Assembly (NCBI GenBank): GCA_001949185.1
Contig: BDGG01000007.1
Coordinates: forward strand, 2,128,730-2,192,729
Length of the DNA: 64,000 nucleotides
Direction of reading: 5' to 3'
DNA from: Ramazzottius varieornatus
Lineage: Eukaryota; Animalia; Tardigrada
Below the pieces are notes generated by a model. That model was not told the origin of the DNA. It ran no database searches and saw only the letters and a list, made by a program, of their open reading frames with translations. A program made the translations under genes and the position numbers. Positions 25,436 through 37,800 of this stretch are shown one piece after another (the first letter of the stretch is position 1; each line of letters begins with the position of its first letter).

Positions 25436-28400
25436 ATGGTGATGCGGACCCGTCCAACCTTTCTCCTGCCTCGGATTACCATCAGCCGTCTGCTGATCAT
25501 CGCTCTGGTCTTGATCTCAGCATGCGTACTGGTGCTACTCGGAGGTTCATTCCATGCGCCAGGCGACTTGGCTGCTCGCGCCGGACGTGTCAAACGGGAG
25601 AAGCGCTATCCCGACTACCAGGTTCGATCGGACAAGCCCGGCAAACATGGCGAAAACGGCGCAGCAGTCCATCTGACTGGAGATGAATTTAATCGGTCGG
25701 AAATACTGTTCAAAAAAGAAGCCTTTAACATTATTGCCAGCGACATGATCTCGTTACAGCGCAGCTTACCAGATGTTAGAGTGAAAGAGTAGGTTGATTG
25801 CTTGCACCATCTGTACACATTTACGGTGTTGAAAAGTTGTATTGCAGTGATGTCAACGATGACGTCACTGCGACATCGTGCCGTTTTCTACGAGCTTCTT
25901 CTACAGTGCACGACAAAATTTACCGTTAAACACGGGCGTAACACTGCAGCTAGAGCTTATTTACAATTCAGCCAATGAGAATTATATTTTGCTGCATGCG
26001 CAAATTTCCTGGGCTTTATCCATCTGGCTCGATCCAACACCAATTTTTAACGGTTTATTTTGTCGTACACTGTACCCGATGCAAAATCCACATGCATGAC
26101 CATGCTTTCACCATTCGAGGTCATGTGTAGCGGACGTGTTTTCGTACGGTTGTTTCCCACCGGGGAAGAGACAGATGAACTTTCCGTTCTTGTTTCCAGG
26201 TGCAGGAATATCCAGTATGACTGGGATCTTCCGACGGCCAGTATCGTGATTATTTTCCATAACGAAGCTTGGTCGCCGCTCTTAAGGACAGTATGGAGCG
26301 TGATAAACCGCTCTCCTCCGGAGTTGCTGAAAGAGATCATTTTACTGGACGACTACAGCGACCGAGGTTGGCAAAGCTGGACGCGCTTCTGTTGGTCATT
26401 CTAATTCCAATTTCATGTTTCTGCAGAGGAGCTTCATGAGAAACTGGACAAGTATGTGGCGGAGAATTTTGATAGGAATGTTGTCCGAATTGTCCGGTGC
26501 AAAGAACGTCAGGGTCTCATCAGCGCCAGAGTTCGAGGTGCGGAAGCAGCTACGGGAGATGTTCTCATTTTCTTGGATTCTCATTGCGAAGCCAACGTCG
26601 GATGGTAAGTGACTAATTAGCCTTTCTCAATGTTCCGTGCTGCATGCCACTTTGCCGTCATGGTTCTTGGTGTCTCGTTCTCCCCGTTGAAATTTATATT
26701 TGACCGCACGCGCCGAAAGCGACATTGTTGCCCCGAAAAAGTCAGCATATGTGTTGGTAGGTTGGAGCCAATCGTTAGTCACATCAAGTACAACCCCAAA
26801 ACAATGGTGTGTCCGATGATCGACCACATTGGCGATCGGACATTGGGTTACGGGGGTACCGGCGACTCCTCTACCGGTGGCTTCTGGTGGTCGCTGCATT
26901 TTAAATGGATCGAAATGCAAGAAAGCGACGTCAAGCGACGCAAATCTCACACTGATCCTTACCGGTACACCATATAAAAAACGGAAAAGACCACGGAGAA
27001 ACGAATTGCCTTTGAGTGTGACTTTTAAGAACGAGACACCACGGACGAGGCAGTTGAAGTTACGGGACGAGGCACTTGCTCACAAGTGCAATGGTCGATG
27101 ACGTGTTGAATGTTGCGCAGGATAGAGCCGCTGCTGCAGAGAATTAAAGATAAGCCCAAGCACATGTTGTGTCCCATTGTCGATGCCATCATGGACAAGA
27201 CCTTGGCGTACTCATTGAACGGTGGAGTGGCCTTGGGCGGCTTCACCTGGTCACTGCATTTCACCTGGGAGGATGTCTTGGAACATCCCGAATTGGCCAA
27301 AAGCCTGACCGATCCATTACCGTCCGTGGTGTCTCCTTTTCTCTAGTCCACCCACCTACATACGTTTCACTCTTTTCTATCTTGTCTACGGGGCGTGTCA
27401 TGCTATTGATGTTGATTAGATCTCCCACGATGGCCGGGGGCCTCTTCGCAGCCGACCGAAAATGGTTCTTCGAAGCCGGCGCCTATGATCCCGGCATGGA
27501 TGTATGGGGAGGTAAGATGGCTCATGCCTTCCACAGTTCCAAACATGCTTCTTGGCACAACTGTCACCCTGTGCTGAATTCTTCAGGGGAGAACTTGGAG
27601 CTGTCTTTCCGGGTAAGCCAAATTTGACCCCCTTACTTGGTATTGAAATGTAGCAGAATGGCAGCGATTGTGTACAGCGTCGTCCTCGGGCTGCAGGTAT
27701 GGATGTGTCATGGTGCCTTGGAATTTATCCCCTGCTCTCGTGTTGGACACAGTAAGGTTTACATAGCGATTCGCAGCACGGCCTGCCACTGACTTTTCTC
27801 CCTGCACTGTCCGCCACACTATTTTTTACTAGGTGCATTGCTTTTTACACAGCTTTCTGGCTAGGTGCACGGCCTGGACACGAATTTCAAAACTTAGTGA
27901 TCGCGAAGGTTGCCGGCGCGCGAAAGCAGGCATTCTTTACAGACTGAAAATGGGGGGTGGTGTAAACGACCACACACATTCCAGGACCCGGAAGTGAAGT
28001 ATCGTGGTAACTTAATTGTCCTCTTGACTTGCTTCTGGTTCATCATATTTCATGCGAAGGAGACCACCAGACAAAAGCTGAGTCGTAGTGTCTCTTTGCT
28101 GTGATACTTCTCTCGGTACACTCTCGCTGTTTAGCCTGCGAATCTCACATGGAGTATTTCTACTTCGTAAAAAATGCCTGCTTTCGTGTGCCGGCAAGCC
28201 TCGAAGTCGCCAAGTTTCGACGGTCGTATCCAGGCCGTGCACCTAACTAAAAAGCCGTGTTAAAGACAGTGCACCTAGTAAAAAGCAGTGTCGCGGGCAG
28301 TGCACGGAGAGAAGGCAGTGGCAGGCCGTGGCAGGCTGTGGCAGGCCTCGACCTAAGATTTGAGATGTAAGAAAAGGAAATTTTGATGGACATGCTCAGC

Positions 28401-30296
28401 TTGCTTGCAGTTTTTCGTGCCAGTCACCCCTACACCTTCACTGGGCGAGACGGTAAGAAGAACAAAGACACGCACGGGATCAATTCGGCGCGTTTGGCCG
28501 AAGTGTGGATGGACGACTACAAACGCCTCTTCTACCTTCATCGTCAAGAACTACAGGTATTACGAGGACAGAAGAGAAGTCAGTCATTTCTAGTAGGGTG
28601 GAATCGTCTCTGGAGTTTTCTCTCTTTACAGAAAGAAGATATCGGTGACTTGTCCGAGAGGAAGGCTTTGCGCCAACGCCTAAAGTGTCACGACTTCAAG
28701 TGGTACTTGGACAATGTCTATCCCGACAAGTTCATCCCTGACGAGAACAACCACTGCTGGGGCCAAGCCAAGAACCCTTCATCTGGCTTCTGTTTGGACA
28801 TGCTGGGCAAAGACGAGAAGATGACGCTGAATATCGGCGTCTATCACTGTCAGGGAAAGTCATCAGCTCAGGTACCAGCTCGTACCCATCGACTTCTTTA
28901 CCTTTGCTGGCTGATTTTCCTCAGGCTATTGTGACCTCAAGCATTGTTCATGATGGAGTGATGTAATTGTAGCTCTTCGCCATCAGTAGAAAAGGCCAAT
29001 TGCGTCGCGAAGAAGCGTGCGCGGAGGCCAGTGCACAGGCCACAGACGGCGAGTTCCCCCGGATGACACAGTGCTATAAACGAGACACGCAAAAATGGAC
29101 GCACGAAAAGGTAATTTCCATGGGGCCTCTCTTATTCCCTTAACAGTTTAACTTACCATCACATCCAGCTTCAGTTCCTAGACAGTAGACACAGCCGATT
29201 GATATGACACAGTAGCATTCCTGGGGAGTTATTTTTGCTTAGCTTGTATTGAGCTGAGTTGAGTTATTCCAGCTGACCTTAGCACTAGCTCAAGGGCGTG
29301 ATGCGTAGCTCTAACTTAGCTCGGACTAGCCCAAGCGCAGCTCAGCCAGAGATTTATCTTGGTGCAGCGCAAAAGGTTGGGTTAGGCAAAAAGTTGTTAT
29401 TGGGGGATTCGAGCGCTCGAACTTTTGCTGGAAGATTTTACGTGATCGCAGGTTGTCTACTAGTGATGAAAATTCTGAGCAGCCTCTTTTCTGCAACATT
29501 AATTCAGATCTGCTGGAGGTGCTTTTCGGACGACGAACTTTAGATCTTGGTAATAGTAATCGAAGCGCGGAATCCGCGGTAGGGAATTCACAGAAATCCT
29601 TCCAACTCAGCTCGACTTAGCACAAAAATCTTCCGATGTACCATTGCTCTGCTCGTCAGCCCAACTCGGTGAAGCTGGATGCAACTCAAGCTCAAGGCGA
29701 GGGCCAGTCTGAATAAATCCCTAGGACTGCACTGTAGTATACGAGACAGAGAACGTTATTCGGGCAAAGCGATTCCTGCATTATAATTCAGGCATATTTT
29801 TTCTGAGCTCCTTCTGCATGTAATAAGGTGCTTATTGTTTCCAGAGGTAATTCAATCTCTCCTCAAGATCCAAACAGGTTTGGGAACGACAAAATGTTTT
29901 AGGTCAGAAGAATCCGTCGTGAGGGAGAGACGGGTCTGCCCAATGCCTAAAGTTTTGTCAACAAGTGTACGATGAAAAATCAAATCAAGCGCTGATAATA
30001 AAGCTTAGAATTTTCGCATTGCCTGAATTATGGTGTGAAAGTTGCTATGCCCGAATTTTGTCATGTACCTCGTACTCATAACTGTTGGCCGCTACATGAT
30101 AAACAAGTAAGGGATATCTTACCAGGAAGTTTACTCTACTGCAACTTGAAAAATGTGCTTGCAGGATGGTGCTATCGTACATGTTGCTTCAGGCCTATGT
30201 CTGGACGTCAAAGACGTCAAGAATGAAGGAGACATCAGGCTGAGAAAGTGTCAAAATTCCAAGACGCAGAAATGGACCTTTGACCATTATGGCTAA
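25436..30296 (+). CDS. Polypeptide N-acetylgalactosaminyltransferase (GT27; resembles nematode gly-9) with mutually exclusive catalytic-domain exons
   Basis: Exons 25436-25788, 26200-26366, 26427-26604, [26761-26964 OR 27121-27321], 27420-27511, 27587-27612, 27697-27751, 28411-28556, 28632-28871, 28973-29110 and 30165-30296. Type II TM anchor, FHNEAW, DSH (DxH), [20 protein letters not shown], and a ricin-type lectin domain with CLD and QxW motifs. Confidence 0.95.
26761..26964 (+). other. GalNAc-T alternative exon 4a (204 nt, phase 2-2)
   Basis: TAG| ...[23 protein letters not shown]...[11 protein letters not shown]...TDPYR |GTACAC. Confidence 0.9.
27028..27047 (+). promoter_or_regulatory. 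Putative intronic RNA docking element controlling exon 4a/4b choice
   Basis: 27028-27041 is the exact reverse complement of 26668-26681. 27033-27047 is the exact reverse complement of 27321-27335, the exon 4b donor site. The two pairings share 9 nt. Confidence 0.7.
27121..27321 (+). other. GalNAc-T alternative exon 4b (201 nt, phase 2-2)
   Basis: CAG| ...[23 protein letters not shown]...[11 protein letters not shown]...TDPLP |GTCCGT. Confidence 0.88.
27777..28330. mobile_element. ~550-bp MITE with ~165-bp TIRs in a GalNAc-T intron
   Basis: CACGGCCTGCCACTG...TAGGTGCACGGCCTGGA...CGAAAGCAGGCAT is mirrored by ATGCCTGCTTTCG...TCCAGGCCGTGCACCTA...CAGTGGCAGGCCGTG. Confidence 0.82.
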
Positions 30297-31971
30297 CTTC
30301 GCACATCTCCGCTTTATTGCATGATGTTTCCTCGTGCCACGTCGACGCACCTTTGGCCGACCGTCCATGAATAGTCTTTCCCAAAGCTGTGACTTTATTC
30401 TTCTTCCGGCCACGTGAAACCGAATTTCTGCCGTCTATTGACAGCCTTGCAAACCAGTGCAGTTATACTTAAGGCGAGATTATTTTTCCAGGAAGGGTTC
30501 AACAACCCCACATTCAAATTCCAAACCGTCTACTGGTATAGATAGATTTGCTCTGTTATGTTGGCCAGCAAATTGACTTGATAACTTTTATAGTTTTCGA
30601 GATATAAAATTATGAAATTGGTTGGGTCAACCCGGAAGTAGCCTCTCTGTCGTCCTTCGAGCAGAGTGACCGGGGATGCAAGGCATGTGGGTGCTGACTT
30701 GTCAGTCGGCGCGCTCTCTCGCTCGACTCGATACAGCCCACAAGGGATTTCCGCCAGTCGGTCCACTCCGATCCTGAAACCGGTAAGGCAGAAAGATAGA
30801 GAAGGCTCTGATCTACTGTCTGAGATAGACTGAATCGGCGGATTTAATTCCTGGACGTACTGGAAAAATTCGGGAACAGGAGAGCGATTGCCGTACGTGG
30901 GCGTACAAGTCTGCTCCGACGACGTAGTGTTCTTTGACTGAGGCTTTTGATTGAGAAGGAGGGATGAACAGCTGAGCGGACCTGGTTCGTGGTGGTCCGA
31001 ACAGCTCACCACAGATTGGTTGAAGCTGGGTGAGCGCAAACTGTGCGGCGTCCGGCATTAGCATCGCGCCCATCAGCCGACCGCCTTGCGATCGATCAAG
31101 AACGAAATGAAACTTCATTACGTCAAAGAGCTTTCATTACGTCATCGGGACAAATCTGTACGACAGTTGCTCCTCTGTTCCCGCCTTTTGTCAGGACGTC
31201 CAGAAACTTTTTCGCAGACACAGGCTGGAAGTTGACTGGTCAAGCCCATCTCTGTCCGGCTCGTAAAATAAGCAAATTTCGAAGTGTCACGCTGAACATT
31301 CGACCCTCCCACAGTCGAAATTCGGTTGAAAATAGTCAGATGAAGAAGAAAAATCATCCAGAAATGTCTCCGAACCAAACCAGTTGTGTTCACAAAGTTT
31401 CAGTTTTGGAAACCGAGACTGACTACGGTTATCGAGAAACAGCCTTCCAAAGTCGTTTTGTCCTTTCATTTTGTAAACTGCTCGATCAATGTTGTAGGTC
31501 GCCACTTGGAAAAACTATCACTTTTTCGGCAAGGATGTTATATGTAACTTTTGTGCTGGGTGGCTCATGACTGAGCGCACGAGTTGAGGCAGAGCAACGA
31601 AGAACCAAAATCGTGTTCGTCGGTCCACAGCAGCAGAGTATAGTCAATGAAATTAGGTCCAGTTTACGCGGGCGAGATCTGTCCCGTGGAGTGTTTTGAC
31701 TACGCGGAAGAGATCGCGGCGCAAAGTGTGGTTTAAGACAATATAGGCTATGCCAGGGAGAGAGGAACTTGCGCCCTGTTGAATTCAGCGATTCGCAACT
31801 TTCACGTCATTGGGTTTCTGGAAACTGAGCATTAGTTTTGTACTGAAATGCTTTCCATGAATCTAACGCGCTACGCCATCGTACGCGCCCAGCATCCCTT
31901 AGAGGGTTTGCGAGACATAATTTTCGGACTGGGGTTCAACTTCACTTGCACGACAACGTACCGCGTGAGTT

Positions 31972-32260
31972 TCAGGAAGCATTACGGTATGTCTTCCTAT
32001 GCCACAAGCTGAGAAGTGATGCAGCAGTCAAGTTTGTACGAGACACTCCATTTCGTTCTACTTGAACATCCCGCGGAGGAGCGGGAAAAAGAGCGGTATT
32101 TTGATTGTCATAGCATATAGCTACGTAGCTACGATAGGGCAGCAGCATGTTAGCGTCGAAGCTGGCCTTTCCGGGGTCGTGGTGAAAGACTGCCACTGCC
32201 ATTGCAATGGCCTGGATGCCACAGTCCATGCCTACTGGTTTCTGTCATTGCTCCTGGTGA
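31972..32260 (-). pseudogene. Ulp1/C48-like cysteine protease relic, probably transposon-borne
   Basis: EQ*QKPVGMDCGIQAIAMAVAVFHHDPGKASFD...YRSYVAICYDNQ...FP matches the Q.Q.nG.DCG.faia...dp...fd..mR.hl..c...fP pattern. Contains an in-frame stop. Confidence 0.55.
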
Positions 32261-33389
32261 ACCTCTCTCAGATATTGCCTTGTGTTTTTTGCCCATGAGG
32301 TGCCCCAATAGGTCAAGTACCTCTTGTAGCCGAGCGAAGAGCAGACAGAAATGGACTGGCCTCCCGCGGCGAACCAATAACTATGAGTGCCTGCTACGTG
32401 GACCACCTGTATGGCAATTTCATGAGGTTGTTTTCAAGCACATTGTCGAGTAGGCGCTGCTGCGAGTCCATTCCATCTATAACTTGGCCTAGCTTGATTG
32501 CTTTCCCTTGCACAAGATACATCGATTGCCGGCGAAATGTGCTGGGCATTGAGCAGTAAGCCGTTATTCCTGTAATGTGTGACGCTCTCTAGCCGTCAAC
32601 TGCAAATCAGGAAGCCACACGAACTTCTTCCGCTGATTTTCTCAGTGGAACGTAGGGAAGTGGAAGGCCCACTTCATCTGCTTCTTGTGGAGGTAGGGGA
32701 GAAATTGGCGGCTGGGCCCCATAGCTGTGCACTCCTCCACAAAAGTCTATAACGAGAGGCGAAAGGAAACACCGGTCTTTCACGCCTAGCCATTTCGATC
32801 AAATGGATATCTGCATATAGGAATGCGTCCAAACTGTTTTGGCTTGGAATAGCTCTTTTCTGACATTAAGCTCTTTGAAAACTTGGACTGTAACGCAGGT
32901 TCAATTTGCTACAGTAATAAAATGAGAACCAGTGGCTGAAATATTTGAGGATATCATTCGAAAAGCACAGGGGTTTTAGGAGCCGGTCGTAACAGGAGCA
33001 ACGCGCTCCAGTTTGAGGGGCGCACTACCGAGCACCTCCGGTGCACGTCGTCTCTGCACTGCTGGTATTTGATAAGTTAACTGAAGTAAATGCGCACAGC
33101 GCATATAACCGATGATTATGCTTGTTCTTCCTAACTTACTAATCTGGTCAAAACTTGATTTTGATTTATTTTGCTCAGGTTCTGTTGATGTAGAGGAAGG
33201 TCCCGTTTGAGTTTAGAATGCTCTCCTCAACAGTGTGGTTAGATATGCATTGGACGCATTTTAGCAGATAGCCAAGTTACGCGGGTAGTTGAAGGCAGAA
33301 AGGCTATCGATGCAAGAGCTTTAGCTTTTCGTAATAGGAATGGTTACACTTTAAATACATTGTATGTGGGCAGATTTTATGGTCTGAAG

Positions 33390-34808
33390 TCAGCGTTTCG
33401 AGGTGTTCAATTTCAAAGACTTCTGACGATAATGATGCCAATGACACTGACGAAGTGCCGGTTCCACGTAAGTTGCATAAGGTGAAAGATGGAGAGTATG
33501 CCAAGCGTTGTTCATCAGCCCACGGAGGTTCCAAATAGTCCGCGCACTCTCCGGTTGGGTGTTGGAAGCTTCGTCCCACGCACGACAGCTGACGCTACAC
33601 GGTGATGGCATCTTCTCTATATGGAATTTCCACAAAGTCCAGCTCCAGTATCGATTATCATAGCCTTTCTCCTCTTTGTCGTCTTGTGAAATGATTTCAG
33701 CGCACTGCCAGCTGTGGCCGCAATTGAGGCTGACATCAACACGGGTAATGCGTCGACCATTCGATATAGCGTAGCCTTCAATGGTGTAGGGTGATCCTTT
33801 TGCAATATAGGTGTTGTCGGCTGGCAGGCAAATGGCCGACTGAATGGAAAGCTCGGAGAGTGGCGCAATGGAATTCCAGTGTTTGTCGATTGTTGTCCAG
33901 TTGACGAACTGAGGAAACAGTTTGTACTGCTGCTGCTGAAAGTGCGACGGCGATTGACTGGTCAGGATGTTGATGCGCTTTAGCCACTTGACGCTTCTCG
34001 CAGCCACATACCTGCAAAAAAAGACCGACTCCTCACACTGAAAGTGAATTAGAAATTTGGGAATGCCGTCAAGAATTCATCGAGTTGACAACGATCATGA
34101 TACAAGCAATCAAGTGAATGCTTACGGCAAGGTTATACTTGGGAATGAAGAAAAGAGATTTTGTTGGAAATTGGGTTTAGGGGTTGATCGTACCTACCCA
34201 GGAACAATGAGGCGTAGGGGGAAGCCATGGTCCCTGGTCAGCGCCATGCCGTTCATGTTCCAGGCTAGAAGGACGTCGCCCTTTGCGTTGCCGGCTTTGG
34301 ACATAGGTATGGAGACGGTGTACCTTCCTCCTTCCTCGCACATATCCTCTCCAACAAACTCCACATGTAGGCGAGGGTCGTCGACGTCGGCTTTGACCTG
34401 CAGCAGCACATCCCGCAGTCGAATGCCAGACCATGTGGCATTGCCCACCGCCCCAACGTTCCAGCCGACACCTTTGACGGGTGCGATGGCCTTCAGCTCG
34501 TTGCGGCGGTTTTCCGCGCACATCAGAGTAGCCTCGATGGTGACAGGGCATCCCATGGTCCGCAGTTCCGCCAGCGAGACCGCCACTTCCCTCTGGTCAA
34601 GGGTGGTAATGTGGACTTTGTGGGTGTCGCCGTCGAGGGCGGGGACGGCGCCATGGTTGCGGACAAAGAAGGAGTCGCTGGTAGTGATGAAGTTCTCGGT
34701 AAGGAGGAAGGAAGGCGGCTCGGCGTTGAAAGGGTGTTGCTGGTTGGTCATCAACTTGGACCAGCGAGTAGGTTCGTTGCTGTAATCGCCCAATAGTCCA
34801 CGAGGCAT
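33390..34808 (-). CDS. Sulfite oxidase family molybdoenzyme lacking the cytochrome b5 domain (plant/fungal-type architecture)
   Basis: Exons 34808-34198 and 34011-33390 with a 186-nt GT-AG intron giving VPG|YVAARSVKWL. Motifs PFNAEPP, FFVRNHG, LMCAENRR, NATWSG, MNG...DHGFPLR, WSWTLW, NTQPE, WNLRGLMNNAWH. Confidence 0.92.
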
Positions 34809-37800
34809 TCCACAAGCAGGGTCTTGTCTACAGCTCCAGCAAACAAATCTTCAGCGACGAAGCCCATGTATCATAGAATTGAACAGAACCGCCCGGACTG
34901 CCAGCTTGACGAGGAAAAAGGTGCTGTAACTTAACAATGACCTTTCTACGTTGTCTGATGCTGACCATCAAACGTGGCCACTCCCTCCTTCAAGCCCGAC
35001 CATTTTTCAAAATTTCATCAACAGCAAAACGACAGGCTTTTCCCTCCTGCGTAGGTCTCTCTGAATGATTCACCATTCCGCTCATGTGGAAATACTGCCT
35101 GTATTGGCCGATTGTCAGGCATAAGTGCTGTATACATGGAGCCAACCGCGGAAAATCAGATTGAATTTCCATGTTCGTCTCAGCTGCTTGAAATACTCAC
35201 AGGATGATGATGGTTTCCTACCGTGCTCGCCCTGGATCCAAAGTACCTAGCCTGGGCAAACTTCTTCGCTCAGTGGGCGAAATTAACATGGGCCGTAAAA
35301 GCCCCACCGTTAAGACTTTCGGAGGCCGTTGTAGCGAAAGCGGATAGCCGCCAGCGAAGCGCTATCAGAAAACGCGGTGCAGGCGGTCTAGGTTTGGGGA
35401 CGGGTCGCTCCGGCACTAGGCCGTTCGGCGTGTGACGTCAGCCATCGTCTTAAGGGTGGGTCACACAGCAATCGTCCAGTGAGCGAAGAAGTATGGTCAG
35501 GGGACGGCTGAGTTCGCGGACCAAACTATCTCATATGGCCATATGGTCGGCTATAATAACATGGCAATTCACCAAGGTTTTCGACAGGGGGCGTCGACGT
35601 CGTAGTCATTTTCGACATCGACCTCTTTAGTTGGTTCTTCATCAAGACTGTACTGCATGTAGACTGGGAGCGCGTACTCGGTACGAGTAGACTATCGAGT
35701 GTGCTGGTGCGTGACTAGCCGCATTTTTCATTATCATACGGTACACACGACTTTCTTCACAGCTCGGCCTACCTACAGTAGGTGGAACCATGTGTATCTG
35801 GCTGTTTGATGGCAGCGGATACTGCCAACACTGTTATTAGCTGCAATCAGCGTAAAACCCTTGTGGCTACCGTAAATGCCGCAAAGGCTTTTTCGATTTC
35901 ACAGCGTGTAGCCCTATCAAAGGTACTTGTTCAATATAGACAAGCACTGCGTTGCGTAACGAGCGTTGCCGTTGCCGTACACTGATCCAGTAAAACGGCC
36001 AGCACAAGAACACCTGCTATACCTACAGAGCATTCCCTACCAAGGTATGTGGTACCGTATTGTCGATGCAAACTTGATTCAACCAGATAACATCGTGCTG
36101 AGTCAGTATCAAGTTTCACTGGTCGCTGCATATTTGTTGATATATTTCCGTGCAGGTATGCTGTAATCCACTTTTCTTAATCCCTATGCACCGCAGTACC
36201 GTCATATCCCATGTCCGGACTAATTCTCGACAGTACCTGTAGAATATGCTGTGACATTGATCGAGACATGTTGTGGCTGTTTCCGATTCATCTTTCCTCA
36301 CGTTGGTCCGACTTATTGTGCGTGTTGACCTACTCTGGGAATATAACGGACATTTATTGAAACGAAAGTCGCGGCTGCTCAAATTATATTGATTATTTGG
36401 TGGATCGATTAGTCGTGACAATGACAAAGTCGACTGTGATCTAAAGCGCCCTCGCATGGATCGTTACCAATTCATCGGCAATCTATCGGAAAACTTTCAA
36501 TTCCTATCTTTTGCCGGTAAGCCCATCAGGACACTGAACGCGGAAACGTAGCCTGCTACGTTTTAACAAGAAAAATGAAACGAAAAGTGGGGTTGCATTG
36601 TGGAAAATCCGCAGTACCGCGTCATTTCATAGGCGTGGCGTTTAATCCGTTCGGCGAATTTCTACGAAATATCGTAGTGTATTTTTGGTGGGATTGTGGC
36701 GGAGAGGGTTATTCAAATGCACATGGGGTGAAGTAGGCAGTTCCCAAGCCACAGCCCACGTTGGTGCGCGTGAAAGAGACAGCCAGGGTAGAACATGCTG
36801 TCAGAGTTCAAGGATATACTCTTTCAAGTTGTTGTCTCGTTCAACCTGAACACTATTTGTCCACATGCTTCTCTCAAGTGATAGTTTCCGTCAGATGAGC
36901 CTCTTCACAGTCTACGTGTTCTCTTCGCTGGTCGCACCATGTGTTGTGGTCAGTCGCAGTGAAGTACTGCAAATGAACAGCCAGACCGCTAAAACAATGG
37001 TCGCACTCGCAGTTTCATCCGCTGCCTTTTCCGCATCACGTCTCGATCTGACCAATGCGACCTCGTTAAGCATGACTAAGATCGTCAAACCGCTTTTTCT
37101 TTTACGCCGTCACGTACAATACCTTCTTCGTACCATAGAGTAGCCCTAATCAACTGCGACCATAATTCAAAAGAAGTTTATGAAAGTTATACACACACAC
37201 TTGACCAGACCGCTCTCCCACGTGGCGCACGCTACCTGGCAATACCACCAGAAACGTGCGCCACTGGGGAAAACGTTCGGCGGAAGTTTGTTTGCCAAAC
37301 TGCCGTTTTATGGATGGGTTGGAATGGGGAATTTCTCTTGCAACACAACGAAAGAAGGGAGACACTGAGTCTTGCTTCTCACATGCACATGGTGCTTCCT
37401 TCTAGCAAAGGTATGCGCTGTGTTCGATTGGAAAATTAATCGTCGTGGGAAGTTCCAGCGATTGATTCAAGCACGTCTTTACCTTGGGTACTGCATGCCG
37501 TGTCTTTCACTCTTGAAGCAGGTAGCTATACGTACTTGTTCACGCATGGCTGACGCACAGCGCTACCGGCATCGAAGCCGAACGAACCCGTCAACGTCTT
37601 GAGAAAAAGCGGCCTGCAACTCAGTTCTGCCTTTGCACCGATCACGTGAAGATAATTAGCCAACTACCGTTGGCGCTTATGTACATTCCAATCAAAGGTT
37701 ACAAAGCAGCATAAGTTGATTTTATCATACTAAGTCAGTTTTGGGGCATCAATGTGCAGATTTGTCTGGACAGAATTCTGATAAGAAGTGGGTTAACGTT

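Noticed and set aside
30530-31570. 100-175-aa ORFs downstream of the GalNAc-T gene
   Set aside because: No recognisable domain or consistent splice structure; possibly part of the same TE relic as the Ulp1 fragment.
33390-33401. C-terminal SKR as a peroxisomal targeting signal, as in plant sulfite oxidase
   Set aside because: PTS1 requires a terminal Leu/Met-type residue, and SKR does not fit.
34057-34785. 242-aa plus-strand ORF
   Set aside because: It is the antisense shadow of the GC-rich sulfite oxidase exon.
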